Of a DNA stretch of 64,000 nucleotides, positions 21,511 to 32,261 are shown piece after piece. The DNA is taken from the NCBI GenBank assembly GCA_964346065.1, contig CAYFTI010000001.1:241-64240 (forward strand). The letters are read 5' to 3'. A program made the translations under genes and the position numbers. Under the pieces are notes generated by a model. The model saw only the letters and a program-made list of their open reading frames with translations. It was not told where the DNA came from and did not search any database. Origin of the DNA: an uncultured Hyphomicrobiaceae bacterium. GTDB lineage: Bacteria > Pseudomonadota > Alphaproteobacteria > Rhizobiales > Rhodomicrobiaceae. The first letter of the stretch is position 1; each line of letters opens with the position of its first letter.

Positions 21511-24138
21511 TCAGCGCCGTTGCCACCAGCCGCGCCGGCGCGGACGCTCCTGATCGGCCTCGCCCTCGGCTGCAACAGGCTCGGCTTGCAGGTGGTCAAC
21601 CCCCGCCTCAGCGGGTTCCATGCTCTGCTCCGGCTCAGCTTCGGACGCCTCCTGTTCCTGTTCGCGGGCAGCCGGCGTTGCTCGCTCGCCTTGCCCCGTC
21701 CCAGCCTGCGCGGCAGGCTCCGCAGGAGCGCCGTGGTCCGATTGAACGGCCTCGCTCGCCGCAAGCTCTGTTTCGGTGACATCATCGGGTCCGCGAACGT
21801 GATCCGCTGCATCGCCTTCGTCCGTGCCGTCGGCGCCGGCTGTCACCTCCCCACCGCTTTCGCGCCGGGCCCGCTGGCGACGGCCGCCGCGCCGCCCACG
21901 CCTGCGCGACTTGCGCGCGCGCTGCTCCTCTTCGGTTTCTGTCTGGGTCGCGGCATCAGCCTCTTCAGCGGGCGCCTCTTCGGCTTCGGCCTGCGCTTCG
22001 TCGCGTGAGGGGGCGTCCAAACCATCGCTGCGTCCGTTACGCCCGCGCCGGCGGGATTTGCGCCGCGAGCGCTTCCTCGTCTCTTCTTCGCTTTCGGCCT
22101 TGCCATTTCCCGGCGCCTCGGAACCCCAATCCATCTGGACGACGACATTGTTGTCGGTTTCGGGCGCGCCCGACTGTTGCGCCATCTTCTCCAGGGTGAA
22201 GCTGCTGCCCTGCATCCGCTCGTCGGTCACGACGCCGAGCCGCACGCCGAACCGGCGTTCGATGTCGTTCAGGTATTCCCGCTTATGATTCAGGATATAT
22301 AGCGCGACGTCGCCCGACGTGACCGCCGTGAGATCCGCTACCTTGCTGGAGCGCAAGTAATCCTCGAGCGCCCGCAAAACCGACAGCGCGACGGACTCCG
22401 TCGAGCGGATGATCCCCGTGCCCTGGCAGTGCGGGCATACGGTGGTCGAGCCTTCAAGCACGCCAGTACGGATGCGCTGTCGCGACATTTCCAGCAGGCC
22501 GAAGGCGCTGATGCGCCCGATCTGGATGCGCGCGCGGTCGTGGCGCAGCGACTCCTTGAGCTTGCGCTCCACGGAGCGGTTGTTGCGCCGCTCTTCCATG
22601 TCGATGAAGTCGATGACGATCAGCCCCGCGAGATCGCGAAGGCGCAACTGGCGCGCGATCTCCTCGGCGGCCTCCATGTTCGTGCGCAGCGCGGTATCCT
22701 CGATGGAGTGCTGCTTGGTGGCCTTGCCCGAGTTGACGTCGACCGAAACCAGCGCCTCGGTCTGGTTGATGACGATATAGCCACCGGACTTCAGCGTGAC
22801 ATAGGGGCTGTACATCGCATCGAGCTGGCGCTCGACATTGTTCTTGATGAAGATCGGCTCTGGCTCCTTGTAGGGCTTCACGTTTTTCGCATGGCTCGGC
22901 ATGATCATGCGCATGAAGTCCTTGGCCTCGCGGTAGGCCGTCTCGCCGGCGACCTGAACCTCATCGATCTCCTTGTTGTACAGGTCACGAATTGAGCGCT
23001 TGATGAGGTTGCCTTCCTCGTAAACAAGCGCGGGCGCCGTGGAGTCCAGCGTCAGGTCGCGGACGTTCTCCCACAGGCGCAGCAGGTACTCGAAGTCACG
23101 CTTGATCTCCGCTTTCGTCCGGCTTGCGCCGGCTGTGCGGATAATCAGCCCCATCCCCTCGGGCACGTCCAGTTCATCGACGATCTGGCGCAAACGCTTG
23201 CGATCGGCTGGTGAGGCGATCTTGCGCGAGATGCCGCCGCCTGACGCCGTATTGGGCATCAAGACGGTGTAACGCCCGGCAAGGGAAAGATACGTGGTCA
23301 GAGCCGCGCCCTTATTGCCCCGCTCCTCCTTGACGACCTGGACAAGGAGAATTTGCCGGCGCCGGATGACTTCCTGGATCTTGTAGTTGCGCTTGCGCCG
23401 TCTCGGACGGCGCTGAGCCACTTCCTCGAGTGCGTCGCCGGAGCCGACGGCCTCGACCCCGTCGCCATCCTTGACAGCGGGGGTGTCACCATTCGCGTCG
23501 TCTTCGGGCGCGCTCTCCGCCTCCCGCAACGATTCGGCGTCCAGCGTCTCGTCGCGGTTGTCATCCTCGTCAAGAGCGTCCTGAGTGAGCGCCTCCAGCC
23601 GTTCGGTCAGGCGCTGGCTCTTGGCTGTCTGCGCCTCCCGCGGGATTTCGTCGGCTGCGTCCTCGGCCCGGGAGACAGCGGCGGCCAGTTCCTCCGAAAT
23701 CTCGGCAGGAAGCACGCTGTCAAGGGCCATGACATCCGCGTTTTCGGTTTCTCGCTCGTCGTCCGTGCCGTCGGAATCTTCGTGACCGGCGCGGTCGGCG
23801 CCTGTTTCCTCGCCAGCGTCATCGGCACCGTTGTCGGCGTTGTCGCGCGAAAGCTGCGCTTCCTCTTCCAGCAGCGCCCGCCGGTCGGCCACCGGGATCT
23901 GATAGTAATCCGGGTGAATTTCGTTAAACGCGAGGAATCCGTGGCGGTTCCCGCCATAATCAACGAACGCGGCTTGAAGCGAAGACTCGACCCGCGTTAT
24001 TTTCGCCAGATAGATATTGCCGCGTAACTGTTTGCGCGCGGCTGATTCAAAGTCAAATTCCTCGACCCGTTCGCCGCGCAGCACAACGACCCGGGTCTCT
24101 TCCGGGTGCGCGGCGTCGATGAGCATCTTGTTTCCCAT
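21511..24138 (-). CDS. rne: ribonuclease E
   Basis: Track ORF 21511..24330. MGNKMLIDAAHPEETRVVV start at 24138. S1 region GNIYLAKITRVESSLQAAFVDYG. Zn-link CPHCQGTG. Long Arg/Glu/Asp-rich C-terminal scaffold. Confidence 0.95.
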   Translation of the reverse strand: MGNKMLIDAAHPEETRVVVLRGERVEEFDFESAARKQLRGNIYLAKITRVESSLQAAFVDYGGNRHGFLAFNEIHPDYYQIPVADRRALLEEEAQLSRDNADNGADDAGEETGADRAGHEDSDGTDDERETENADVMALDSVLPAEISEELAAAVSRAEDAADEIPREAQTAKSQRLTERLEALTQDALDEDDNRDETLDAESLREAESAPEDDANGDTPAVKDGDGVEAVGSGDALEEVAQRRPRRRKRNYKIQEVIRRRQILLVQVVKEERGNKGAALTTYLSLAGRYTVLMPNTASGGGISRKIASPADRKRLRQIVDELDVPEGMGLIIRTAGASRTKAEIKRDFEYLLRLWENVRDLTLDSTAPALVYEEGNLIKRSIRDLYNKEIDEVQVAGETAYREAKDFMRMIMPSHAKNVKPYKEPEPIFIKNNVERQLDAMYSPYVTLKSGGYIVINQTEALVSVDVNSGKATKQHSIEDTALRTNMEAAEEIARQLRLRDLAGLIVIDFIDMEERRNNRSVERKLKESLRHDRARIQIGRISAFGLLEMSRQRIRTGVLEGSTTVCPHCQGTGIIRSTESVALSVLRALEDYLRSSKVADLTAVTSGDVALYILNHKREYLNDIERRFGVRLGVVTDERMQGSSFTLEKMAQQSGAPETDNNVVVQMDWGSEAPGNGKAESEEETRKRSRRKSRRRGRNGRSDGLDAPSRDEAQAEAEEAPAEEADAATQTETEEEQRARKSRRRGRRGGRRQRARRESGGEVTAGADGTDEGDAADHVRGPDDVTETELAASEAVQSDHGAPAEPAAQAGTGQGERATPAAREQEQEASEAEPEQSMEPAEAGVDHLQAEPVAAEGEADQERPRRRGWWQRR

Positions 24139-25027
24139 TGTGTTCTGTCTCCAGCGCGCGCAATGCCGGACCGCGCCGGGGCTTTTCGCAAAGAGCCGAC
24201 CGGCGCTTACACTTGGCGCGCGCACGTAAACGGAGCGTCGCAGCGCCATAGGCAGCCGGAGACAGTGCATGGATATCAACAGCCGCCGCCTCCACTGCGC
24301 CGGAGCGGTAGAGGTCGGCCGTCCTATCACTGGTCTCCAGGTGACGAAGCATTGCGACGCGATTCTCGTGTTGCATAGGTAGTCTTTTTCCTCGGCTGGA
24401 TGCCGTCAGACCATGTCGGGTCTGTCAGCGCAGCTCCGCTAAAGACCGTCTCTTGCGTTTCATGCGCCAAAAACTTCGGCGCGAAACAGGTCCGGGTGAA
24501 CGCCGTTCAACCCGTTTTCCGCGCGCCTGCCCGAGGGCTCAGCGGCGGTATCTGTTAACCATGGCCGGAACTGCCGGCGTACCGGCGGCGCAACCATGCG
24601 AATACCTTGCGATCTCCGGGCGCGATTCCATTGGTGCCAAGCACGATCTCACGCCGTCCATCTACGCGCATCGAGCCGTGGCATTCCGACAATGCCCGAA
24701 CGGGCGGCGGGCGCACGCATCACCCGCGCAATTCGCGCGGGCCGCTGGCGCCGCAATCGTCATCGCGACTCGATGCTTTGAGCCTAACACGCCGCCGAAC
24801 GCACGGAAATCTTCGGACAGGGCTCTTCAGCGGCATGTTGCTGCCCTTGTGTTCATAAACGGCTATCACGCTGACAGCAAGCACTCAGTATTGCCTCGCC
24901 ACAATGGCGCTGGAATAAAAAGATACCTTTAACTCTGCGCGCGGGAGCAGACCTCTTGCGCTTTGTCATCAACCATGGCCTGTTGTCACGGCGGCGTTAC
25001 CAGGGTTCCGGCACACAAGAGACTGCA

Positions 25028-26323
25028 ATGGACTCAATGCGCTTCACTCGCAACCAGATGCTCGCGCGAATGGTCACTTCAAATTTGGCGGCCCGCGTTC
25101 TCCGGCAAGCCGGCGCACTCCTGCTCGGGGTCGTCTTATTGATCGCGGCTGCTGATTCCGCACTCGCCGATCCGGTTGCCAATGATGCACGCGTTGGCGG
25201 CGACCTGAGGAAGACCCGATTCGTTGCCGACCTGTCGAAGCCGGTGGATTTCCGGGTTTTCACCCTCGGCAATCCGTACCGCGTCGTCGTCGACCTGCCG
25301 GAAGTCAACTTCCAGATGCCGCCCAGGCTGGGCACGAAGGGCCTCGGGCTGATCAGCGGCTTTCGTTATGGGCTCTTCAGCCCCGGCAAGTCCCGGATTG
25401 TCATAGACGTGGTGAAGCCGGTTCGTGTTGAGAAGGCTTTCGTCCAGGACGCGGCCAACGACCAGCCTGTCCGTCTGGTGATCGAGCTTGTTGCGATCAG
25501 CGCCAGTGAATTCGCCAAGCAGTCGGGCCAGGCCACCGTCGTCGGCAAGCCGCCCGAGCGGGGCAAGCGCCGCACACCCTCCGATGGCGCGACATCTGGC
25601 CAGCGCGATGAGCGCAAGTCCCGGCCGGTGATCGTCATCGATCCAGGGCATGGCGGCGTTGATCCCGGCGCAATCGGCAAGGACGGCACTCGGGAGAAGG
25701 ATGTTGTTCTGGCCTTTTCGAAGGCGCTCAGGGACCGGCTTGATGCGCTCGGCAAGTTCAACGTCTTTCTCACGCGCGACAAGGACATCTTCCTGCCGCT
25801 CGGTCAGCGCGTCGAGATCGCCGATCAGCATGACGCCGACCTGTTCATCTCCATCCATGCCGATGCTCTGGCAGAACGTTACGCCAAGCTGGTTCGCGGC
25901 GCGACGATCTATACCCTGTCCGAGGAAGCCTCGGACGAGCAGGCACGGCTGCTGGCAGCCAAGGAGAACAGCGCGGACCTCATCGCCGGTATGGATATCG
26001 ACGACACCCAGGGTGAAGTCAGCATGATCCTGCTGGATCTCATGAGGCGGGAGACCAAGAACTATTCCATCGCCTTCGGTCGCACAATGTTGACAAAATT
26101 GAAGGGCGAAATCGCATTGAATAAGAAGCCGATGCGGTCCGCGGATTTTCGGGTGCTCGGGGCCCCGGATGTTCCGTCTGTTCTTTTGGAACTGGGGTAT
26201 CTGACCAACCCCAAGGACGAGACATTGCTGAAGTCGGCGAAATGGCGTGAAAACGTGGCCAAGCTCACGGCTGGAGCGGTCAAGGCGTTCTTTCACAAAC
26301 GTGAGGTTCGCTTGCCGTATTAG
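25028..26323 (+). CDS. amiC: N-acetylmuramoyl-L-alanine amidase AmiC-type (AMIN plus amidase_3)
   Basis: Track ORF 24956..26323. Motifs VIVIDPGHGGVDPGA and ISIHADA. The N-terminal AMIN-like region follows a signal/TM segment. ATG at 25028. Confidence 0.85.
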   Translation: MDSMRFTRNQMLARMVTSNLAARVLRQAGALLLGVVLLIAAADSALADPVANDARVGGDLRKTRFVADLSKPVDFRVFTLGNPYRVVVDLPEVNFQMPPRLGTKGLGLISGFRYGLFSPGKSRIVIDVVKPVRVEKAFVQDAANDQPVRLVIELVAISASEFAKQSGQATVVGKPPERGKRRTPSDGATSGQRDERKSRPVIVIDPGHGGVDPGAIGKDGTREKDVVLAFSKALRDRLDALGKFNVFLTRDKDIFLPLGQRVEIADQHDADLFISIHADALAERYAKLVRGATIYTLSEEASDEQARLLAAKENSADLIAGMDIDDTQGEVSMILLDLMRRETKNYSIAFGRTMLTKLKGEIALNKKPMRSADFRVLGAPDVPSVLLELGYLTNPKDETLLKSAKWRENVAKLTAGAVKAFFHKREVRLPY

Positions 26324-26480
26324 ACAGCGCGCCTCAACTGGGTATAGATCGCCGCGGTGAGTGACTGTCCCGACGCAAATCACTTAACATGAGACGCTCC
26401 AGTCACGCGATGCTTGTGTCCGGTTCGACTTGCGACCTGGCCGGGACCAGGGCAGCAGCCACAGGGGAAATCTCATAACG

Positions 26481-29066
26481 ATGCCATTCACTCTGAAGAC
26501 TGAACCGCAGCGCCGGCCGAAACGGCGGAAGAGCATCATGCTGCGGCTGTTTGGCTTTCTGTTCACAGCCGGGGTCATCGTCTTCCTGACCGGCGCGGCC
26601 ATCGCGGCGTATATTCTGTGGCAGTTTTCCCAGGAACTCCCCGATTATGAAGCGCTGGCAGACTACGAACCGAAAGTCATGACCCGGCTGCACGCGAATG
26701 ACGGGCGGCTGATCGCAGAGTACGCGCGCGAGGAACGGATTTACGTTCCCGTCGAAACAGTCCCCGATGTTGCGATCCACGCGTTCCTTTCGGCAGAAGA
26801 CAAGAATTTCTTCGAGCACGGCGGCATCGACATCCCCGCCATCATGCGCGCGGTCGTTACCAACATCCGCAACTACATGAACGGCCAGCGTCTCGTCGGC
26901 GCCTCGACGATCACGCAGCAGGTTGCCAAGAACTTTCTGTTGAGCAACGAGCGCAGCCTTCAGCGCAAGGTCCAGGAGGCAATGCTCGCGATCCGGATGG
27001 AGCGGGCCTTCGACAAGGCGAAGATCCTGGAGCTTTACCTCAACGAAATCTATTTCGGCATGGGCTCTTACGGGATCGCGGCGGCTTCGCTGAACTATTT
27101 CGGCAAGGAGCTTCACGAGCTCGAGATCCACGAGGCGGCCTACCTCGCCGCGCTGCCAAAGGCCCCCAACAACTATCATCCGTTCCGCGACACCGAGCGC
27201 GCGATTTCCCGGCGCAACTGGGTGATCGGACAGATGCACGACAACGGCTATGTCACCGCCCAGCAGGCGCAGGCGGCGGCGGACCAAGGACTGGACGTGG
27301 ATCCGAGACCGTTCCGCGGCAGCGTGTTCGCCGGTGACTACTTCGCCGAGGAGGTGCGCCGCACCCTAGTCGCGCGATACGATGAGCAGGGCTTGTATGG
27401 CGGGGGCCTTTCCGTGCGCACGACGCTCGATCCGGAACTGCAGGTGAAGGCGCGCAAGGCCCTTCGCGAGGGACTGGTTGCCTATGATCGCCGGCACGGA
27501 TGGCGCGGCCCCGTGGACACGATCGACACGTCGGGGGACTGGGGCAGAAAGCTGGCCGACAAGGAGGTTTACGGTGATATAGAACCCTGGCGGCTCTCCG
27601 TGATCCTGAAGGTCAGCGAAGATAGCGCAGTTGCCGGCCTTCGTCCGCAGCGCACAAACAGCGGTGAGCTGGAAGGCACGCGCCGCGAAGTCACCATTCC
27701 GGTCGAGGAGATCGAGTGGGCGCGCAAGCAGGTGATGAAAGGCGACGTCGGCGTGCGCGGTCCGGAGGTTGATGCGGCCATCGATGTTCTCAGTGTTGGT
27801 GATGTCGTTTACATCGCACCGCCCAGCGCGGCTCCGGATCAGCAGGAGAGCGCGCAACAGGCCGCAGAAACCAAGCGGATCGCCGGCTATCACGTCCGTC
27901 CCGGCGCCGACACCGGCTGGCGGTTGATGCAGGTTCCCGAGGTCAATGGCGCGATCACGGTCATGGATCCGCACACCGGCCGCGTTCTTGCACATGCTGG
28001 CGGCTTCAGCTTCGACCGCAGCCAGTTCGACCGCGGTATCCAGGCGCTGCGCCAGCCCGGCTCAGCGTTCAAGCCGTTCGTGTATACCGCCGCGCTCGAT
28101 AATGGTTACACGCCCTCGAGTATCATTCTTGACGCCCCGATTGCCGTCGAACAGCCGGGCGAGCAGGGCCTCTGGCGTCCGAAAAACTACGGGGACAAGT
28201 TCTACGGCCCCTCGACACTGCGCCTCGGCGTGGAGAAATCGCGCAATCTCATGACTGTTCGGCTTGCGCAGGACGTGGGGATGCCGATCATCCGCGAATA
28301 TGCGCGCCGCTTCGGCGTCTATGATGACCTGATGCCGGTACTCTCCATGGCGCTGGGCGCTGGCGAAACGAGCCTGATGCGCATGGTCGCCGGCTACAGC
28401 ATGCTGGTGAATGGCGGTAAGAAGATCACGCCCACGATGATCGACCGCATCCAGAACCGCTACGGCGAGACGGTGTGGCGGCACGATCAGCGCGAGTGCG
28501 TCGGCTGCGATGCCGAGGCCTGGCTGGGCCAGCAGGAGCCCGAGCTGATCGACAATCGCGATCGCGTGGTGGATGCGATGACCGCGTACCAGATGGTTTC
28601 CATCCTCGAAGGCGTGGTCGAGCGCGGTACCGGCCAGCGCGCTCAGAAGATCGGCAAGCCGGTCGGCGGCAAGACGGGCACAACCAACGAGGAAAAGGAT
28701 GCCTGGTTCATCGGTTTCACGCCCGACCTGGCAGCCGGCGTGTTCGTTGGCTTCGATAACCCGAAACCGATGGGACGCGGTGAAACCGGCGGCGGCGTGG
28801 CCTCACCGATCTTCACCGAGTTCATGCAGATGGCGCTCGAGGACAAGCCAGCCGCTCCCTTCCGCATACCCGAAGGCATCAAGCTTATCCGGGTGAACGC
28901 CAAGACCGGCCTGCGCGCGCAAGCCGGCGATGAAAACGTTATCATGGAAGCCTTCAAGCCCGGCAACGAACCGCCGGACCCGTTTTCTTATGTCGGCTCC
29001 CCAAGCGCGTTCACCCCCGATGCGGAGGGCAGCGGGCGCCGGCCGGAAGCAGGCGGGCTCTACTGA
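26481..29066 (+). CDS. mrcA: penicillin-binding protein 1A (bifunctional glycosyltransferase/transpeptidase)
   Basis: Track ORF 26430..29066. GT51 motif [12 protein letters not shown]. Transpeptidase SxxK (SAFKPF), SxN (KSRN) and KTG (GKTGTTN). Confidence 0.95.
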   Translation: MPFTLKTEPQRRPKRRKSIMLRLFGFLFTAGVIVFLTGAAIAAYILWQFSQELPDYEALADYEPKVMTRLHANDGRLIAEYAREERIYVPVETVPDVAIHAFLSAEDKNFFEHGGIDIPAIMRAVVTNIRNYMNGQRLVGASTITQQVAKNFLLSNERSLQRKVQEAMLAIRMERAFDKAKILELYLNEIYFGMGSYGIAAASLNYFGKELHELEIHEAAYLAALPKAPNNYHPFRDTERAISRRNWVIGQMHDNGYVTAQQAQAAADQGLDVDPRPFRGSVFAGDYFAEEVRRTLVARYDEQGLYGGGLSVRTTLDPELQVKARKALREGLVAYDRRHGWRGPVDTIDTSGDWGRKLADKEVYGDIEPWRLSVILKVSEDSAVAGLRPQRTNSGELEGTRREVTIPVEEIEWARKQVMKGDVGVRGPEVDAAIDVLSVGDVVYIAPPSAAPDQQESAQQAAETKRIAGYHVRPGADTGWRLMQVPEVNGAITVMDPHTGRVLAHAGGFSFDRSQFDRGIQALRQPGSAFKPFVYTAALDNGYTPSSIILDAPIAVEQPGEQGLWRPKNYGDKFYGPSTLRLGVEKSRNLMTVRLAQDVGMPIIREYARRFGVYDDLMPVLSMALGAGETSLMRMVAGYSMLVNGGKKITPTMIDRIQNRYGETVWRHDQRECVGCDAEAWLGQQEPELIDNRDRVVDAMTAYQMVSILEGVVERGTGQRAQKIGKPVGGKTGTTNEEKDAWFIGFTPDLAAGVFVGFDNPKPMGRGETGGGVASPIFTEFMQMALEDKPAAPFRIPEGIKLIRVNAKTGLRAQAGDENVIMEAFKPGNEPPDPFSYVGSPSAFTPDAEGSGRRPEAGGLY

Positions 29067-29147
29067 CAAGCCGTGTCGCGCGCCTTACATACTGGGAAGA
29101 TGCAGGAAGGGTGGCACGTCCGCCCCGATCAATCACGGGAGTTTTTC

Positions 29148-30279
29148 ATGCGTGCCGAAGCGCAGGCAATTGTCGACGACATTCGCGAATCGCTCGCGCT
29201 CATACGGAGGCATCTTTGACTGGGATGGCTCACAGGAACGTCTGAACGAACTGAACGCGGAAATCGAAAATCCCGACCTCTGGAACGATGCCGAGCGCGC
29301 GCAACAGATCATGCGCGAGCGCCAATCGCTTGAAACCGCCCTGAATACCTATTCCGCGTTGGAGCAGCGCCTCAAGGACAATATCGAGCTGCTCGATCTG
29401 GCGGAAGCCGAGAGCGATGACGACGTCATCTCGGACGCAGTGTCGGCGCTTCAGACCCTGCGCCAGGATGTGCAGAAGCAGGAGGTCGAGGCGCTGTTGT
29501 CAGGCGAAGCTGACGCGAATGACTGCTATCTGGAGATTCATTCCGGGGCGGGCGGCACCGAAAGCCAGGACTGGGCGCAGATGCTCATGCGGATGTATGT
29601 CCGCTGGGCCGAAGGCCGCGGGTACAAGGTCGAGGTGGTCGGCATCCAGGACGGCGACGAAGCCGGGATCAAGTCCGCCACGCTGCAGGTCCAGGGGCAT
29701 AACGCCTATGGCTGGCTGAAGACGGAGTCCGGCGTTCATCGTCTGGTGCGCATATCGCCCTTCGATTCGAACGCGCGCCGCCACACGAGCTTCGCGTCGG
29801 TGTGGGTTTATCCCGTCATTGACGACAACATCGAGGTCGCTGTGAACGAGAGCGACTGCCGCATTGACACCTTCCGCGCCTCGGGCGCTGGCGGCCAGCA
29901 CGTGAACACCACCGACAGCGCGGTTCGCATCACACATCAGCCCACCGGTATCGTGGTGCAATGCCAGAACGAGCGCTCCCAGCACAAGAACCGGGCAAGC
30001 GCCTGGGCCATGCTGCGCTCCCGGCTGTACGAGATGGAGTTGCAGCGGCGCGAGGAGGAGGCGTATGCGGAGTCGGCGGCCAAGACGGATATTGGCTGGG
30101 GACATCAGATCCGCTCCTATGTCCTACAGCCCTATCAGCTCGTGAAGGATCTGCGCACGGGGCTGGAAAACACCAACCCGACCGCGGTTCTCGACGGTGA
30201 GCTCACGCCATTCATCGAGGCGGCCCTCGCCGAGCGCGTGAAGGCGGGCGCGGAAGCGGCATCTGCGGATGCGCAATGA
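29148..30279 (+). CDS. prfB: peptide chain release factor 2, expressed via a programmed +1 frameshift (join 29148..29216, 29218..30279)
   Basis: Frame-0 ORF ATG 29148 ... CAT CTT TGA (stop at 29217-19). The +1 frame continues as [13 protein letters not shown]... and carries SPF (RISPFDS) and GGQ ([16 protein letters not shown]). Confidence 0.95.
29206..29220 (+). other. prfB recoding site: SD-like GGAGG, 3-nt spacer, CTT TGA C
   Basis: Read directly as ggagg cat ctt tga c. It matches the canonical RF2 autoregulatory frameshift cassette. Confidence 0.9.
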
Positions 30280-30285
30280 ACCGGC

Positions 30286-30564
30286 CTAGCGCGTATAGAG
30301 CCGGCGTCGGATGTCCCCGACATAAGCGATGAGCGCGGCCGTCATGAAGACCGCCACCCACGGCCAGGCAGCCTCGGTCAGCGCAGCACGCAGCGCCAGC
30401 AACAGGCAAGCCCCCGCGCCGGCGGTCCACGCCATGTCCATGATGGGGACCAATCGCCCGGTGGCGCGCCGATAAACCCACACGCTTGCCGTCATCAAAG
30501 CCATGACCACAAGCGCAAGATCGACCACACGGCCGGAATTGAACAGCGCCTCAATGGCTTCCAT
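30286..30564 (-). CDS. small hypothetical membrane protein (orf92), last gene of the bchG-pucC-bchP-tspO operon
   Basis: 92 aa with three hydrophobic segments. Its ATG is only 3 nt after the tspO stop. I recognise no family. Confidence 0.45.
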   Translation of the reverse strand: MEAIEALFNSGRVVDLALVVMALMTASVWVYRRATGRLVPIMDMAWTAGAGACLLLALRAALTEAAWPWVAVFMTAALIAYVGDIRRRLYTR

Positions 30565-30567
30565 TGG

Positions 30568-31065
30568 CTAGAACGGCCCGTTCAACTCGACAACCTGGTA
30601 ATTCACCAGCCCGGCGAATGCGACCCAGAGGAGATACGGCACGATCAGCGCACCGGCCAACTTCGACATCCGCCCGAGATAGATCAGCAGCACGAGGACC
30701 GACAGCCACAACACCCCCACCTCGATGAGCGCCCAGTCCGGGCGCTGCAGACGGAAGAACAGGACCGTCCACAGCACGTTAAGGAAGCCGTTTAGCGCGA
30801 ACAGGCCGATGATCCATTCCCGGCTCGGTCCGGTTGGCGCAGCGCGCCAGGCGGTGACGCCGGCGAGCGCCGCAAGCGCGAAGATGAGCGTCCAAGCGGG
30901 ACCGAACGCCCAGTCCGGTGGCTGGTAGGACGGCTTGGCCAGCCCCTGATACCAGGGGCCGATGTCCGTCATGCTGCCGCCCAGCACGGCGACGACGATC
31001 GCCGCCGCCGCCGCCGTCAGAACCTGCGTCCAAAGTGGTGAAGCGCGGTAAACCTTGTCCGTCAT
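30568..31065 (-). CDS. tspO: TspO/MBR tryptophan-rich sensory protein (copy 1)
   Basis: 165 aa. Motifs PPDWAFGPAWT, LNGFLNVLWTVLFF and VPYLLWVAFA. 4-nt overlap with the bchP stop. Confidence 0.85.
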   Translation of the reverse strand: MTDKVYRASPLWTQVLTAAAAAIVVAVLGGSMTDIGPWYQGLAKPSYQPPDWAFGPAWTLIFALAALAGVTAWRAAPTGPSREWIIGLFALNGFLNVLWTVLFFRLQRPDWALIEVGVLWLSVLVLLIYLGRMSKLAGALIVPYLLWVAFAGLVNYQVVELNGPF

Positions 31066-32261
31066 GGGTTAACGATCCGGAGCAGGTGCGCCATGTCCTT
31101 GAAGAAGATACGGATATGCGCCATGGGATTGGCGCGGACCAACTTTTTGTTCATGTAGGCTTGCCAGGTCAAGCGCTGAACGTCCTTATCGTCGCAAATA
31201 TTAACGAAGCGTTCGCGCCGCGCGTCGTTGCGGTACCAGAAGTACTGCATGATTCCCAGGATCCAGAACACGCTCCCATGTTCCTTCATGAAACGCTTGC
31301 GCGCCTGGCGTAAAGCGCGGGCATCGCCAGTGCGCACGAACTCGCCCGCGGCTTCCGCCGCGCGGCGCCCGCAGGTCATGGCGTAAAAGATGCCCTCGCC
31401 GGAGGCGGGCGCAACCACCCCCGCGGCGTCACCGACAAGCAGGACATCCTTGCCGTTGTCCCATCGCTTCAAGGGTTTGAGCGGGATCGGCGCGCCCTCG
31501 CAGCGGATGGTCTCCACGCCGTCCAGGCCGGACTTGTGCCGCAGCGCCGCCGTCGCGCCGCGCAGCGAAAAGCCCTTTTGCGCACTGCCGACACCCACGC
31601 TGGTGCATTTCCCGTGTGGGAAGATCCAGCCGTAGAAGTCCGGCGATACTTCGCCCTGATAGTAGACATCGCAGCGGCTGCCATCGAAATTCTCGCCGTT
31701 CGCGGGTGAGCGGACGACCTCGTGATAGGCGAAGACACACTTGTTGTTCTCGCCGTCCGTGATTTCCTGCTTGGCCACGGCCGATCGGGCGCCGTCGGCA
31801 CCGATCACCAGTTTCCCGCGCACGCTTTCACGCGCATCATTGAGCGCGCCCTTGGGCGCGAAATGCACCGTGGTGTAGCCGTCGCCGTCTCGCGAGATCT
31901 CCTTGAAACTGCCAGTGAAGCGGGCCGCGCCGTTGCGCTGGGCGCGGTCGCGCAGCCATTCGTCGAACTCCTCGCGGTCGACCATGCCGACGAAGCCGCC
32001 GATATCCATATCCACCGCCTTCCTTGACGGCGCGACCATCCGGGCGGTTGTCGCCCGTGAGACCATGAGGTGGTCGGGAATCGCGAAATCGCGCAGCAAC
32101 TTCGGCGGGATCGCACCGCCGCAGGGCTTGATGCGCCCGCCCCGGTCAATCAGCGCCACGCTCATCCCCTCAAGCGCCAGATCGTTAGCCGCCGTCGCGC
32201 CCGCCGGCCCGCCGCCTACCACAACGACATCGAAAGTCCGCGATTCAGTCATGGGGGTCAC
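31062..32261 (-). CDS. bchP: geranylgeranyl-bacteriochlorophyllide/GGPP reductase BchP
   Basis: 399 aa. FAD fold VVVVGGGPAGATAA. Geranylgeranyl reductase family. Classical bchG-pucC-bchP context. Confidence 0.9.
   Translation of the reverse strand: MTPMTESRTFDVVVVGGGPAGATAANDLALEGMSVALIDRGGRIKPCGGAIPPKLLRDFAIPDHLMVSRATTARMVAPSRKAVDMDIGGFVGMVDREEFDEWLRDRAQRNGAARFTGSFKEISRDGDGYTTVHFAPKGALNDARESVRGKLVIGADGARSAVAKQEITDGENNKCVFAYHEVVRSPANGENFDGSRCDVYYQGEVSPDFYGWIFPHGKCTSVGVGSAQKGFSLRGATAALRHKSGLDGVETIRCEGAPIPLKPLKRWDNGKDVLLVGDAAGVVAPASGEGIFYAMTCGRRAAEAAGEFVRTGDARALRQARKRFMKEHGSVFWILGIMQYFWYRNDARRERFVNICDDKDVQRLTWQAYMNKKLVRANPMAHIRIFFKDMAHLLRIVNP

Noticed and set aside
24453-24932. 159-aa ORF inside the rne-amiC gap
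   Set aside because: Very Arg-rich, with no SD and poor third-position GC bias by eye. I treat the region as non-coding or leader.
25136-27287. 415-aa and 294-aa minus-strand ORFs antisense to amiC and mrcA
   Set aside because: These are shadow ORFs opposite genes with clear catalytic motifs.
28930-29147. N-terminal extension of the prfB track ORF overlapping the mrcA end
   Set aside because: It is explained by the +1 frameshift, and the real initiation is at 29148 in frame 0. The same logic trims the upstream extensions of pyk (15009), bchI (53057), puhB (48239), bchM (45355), msrP (19956) and rne (24330).
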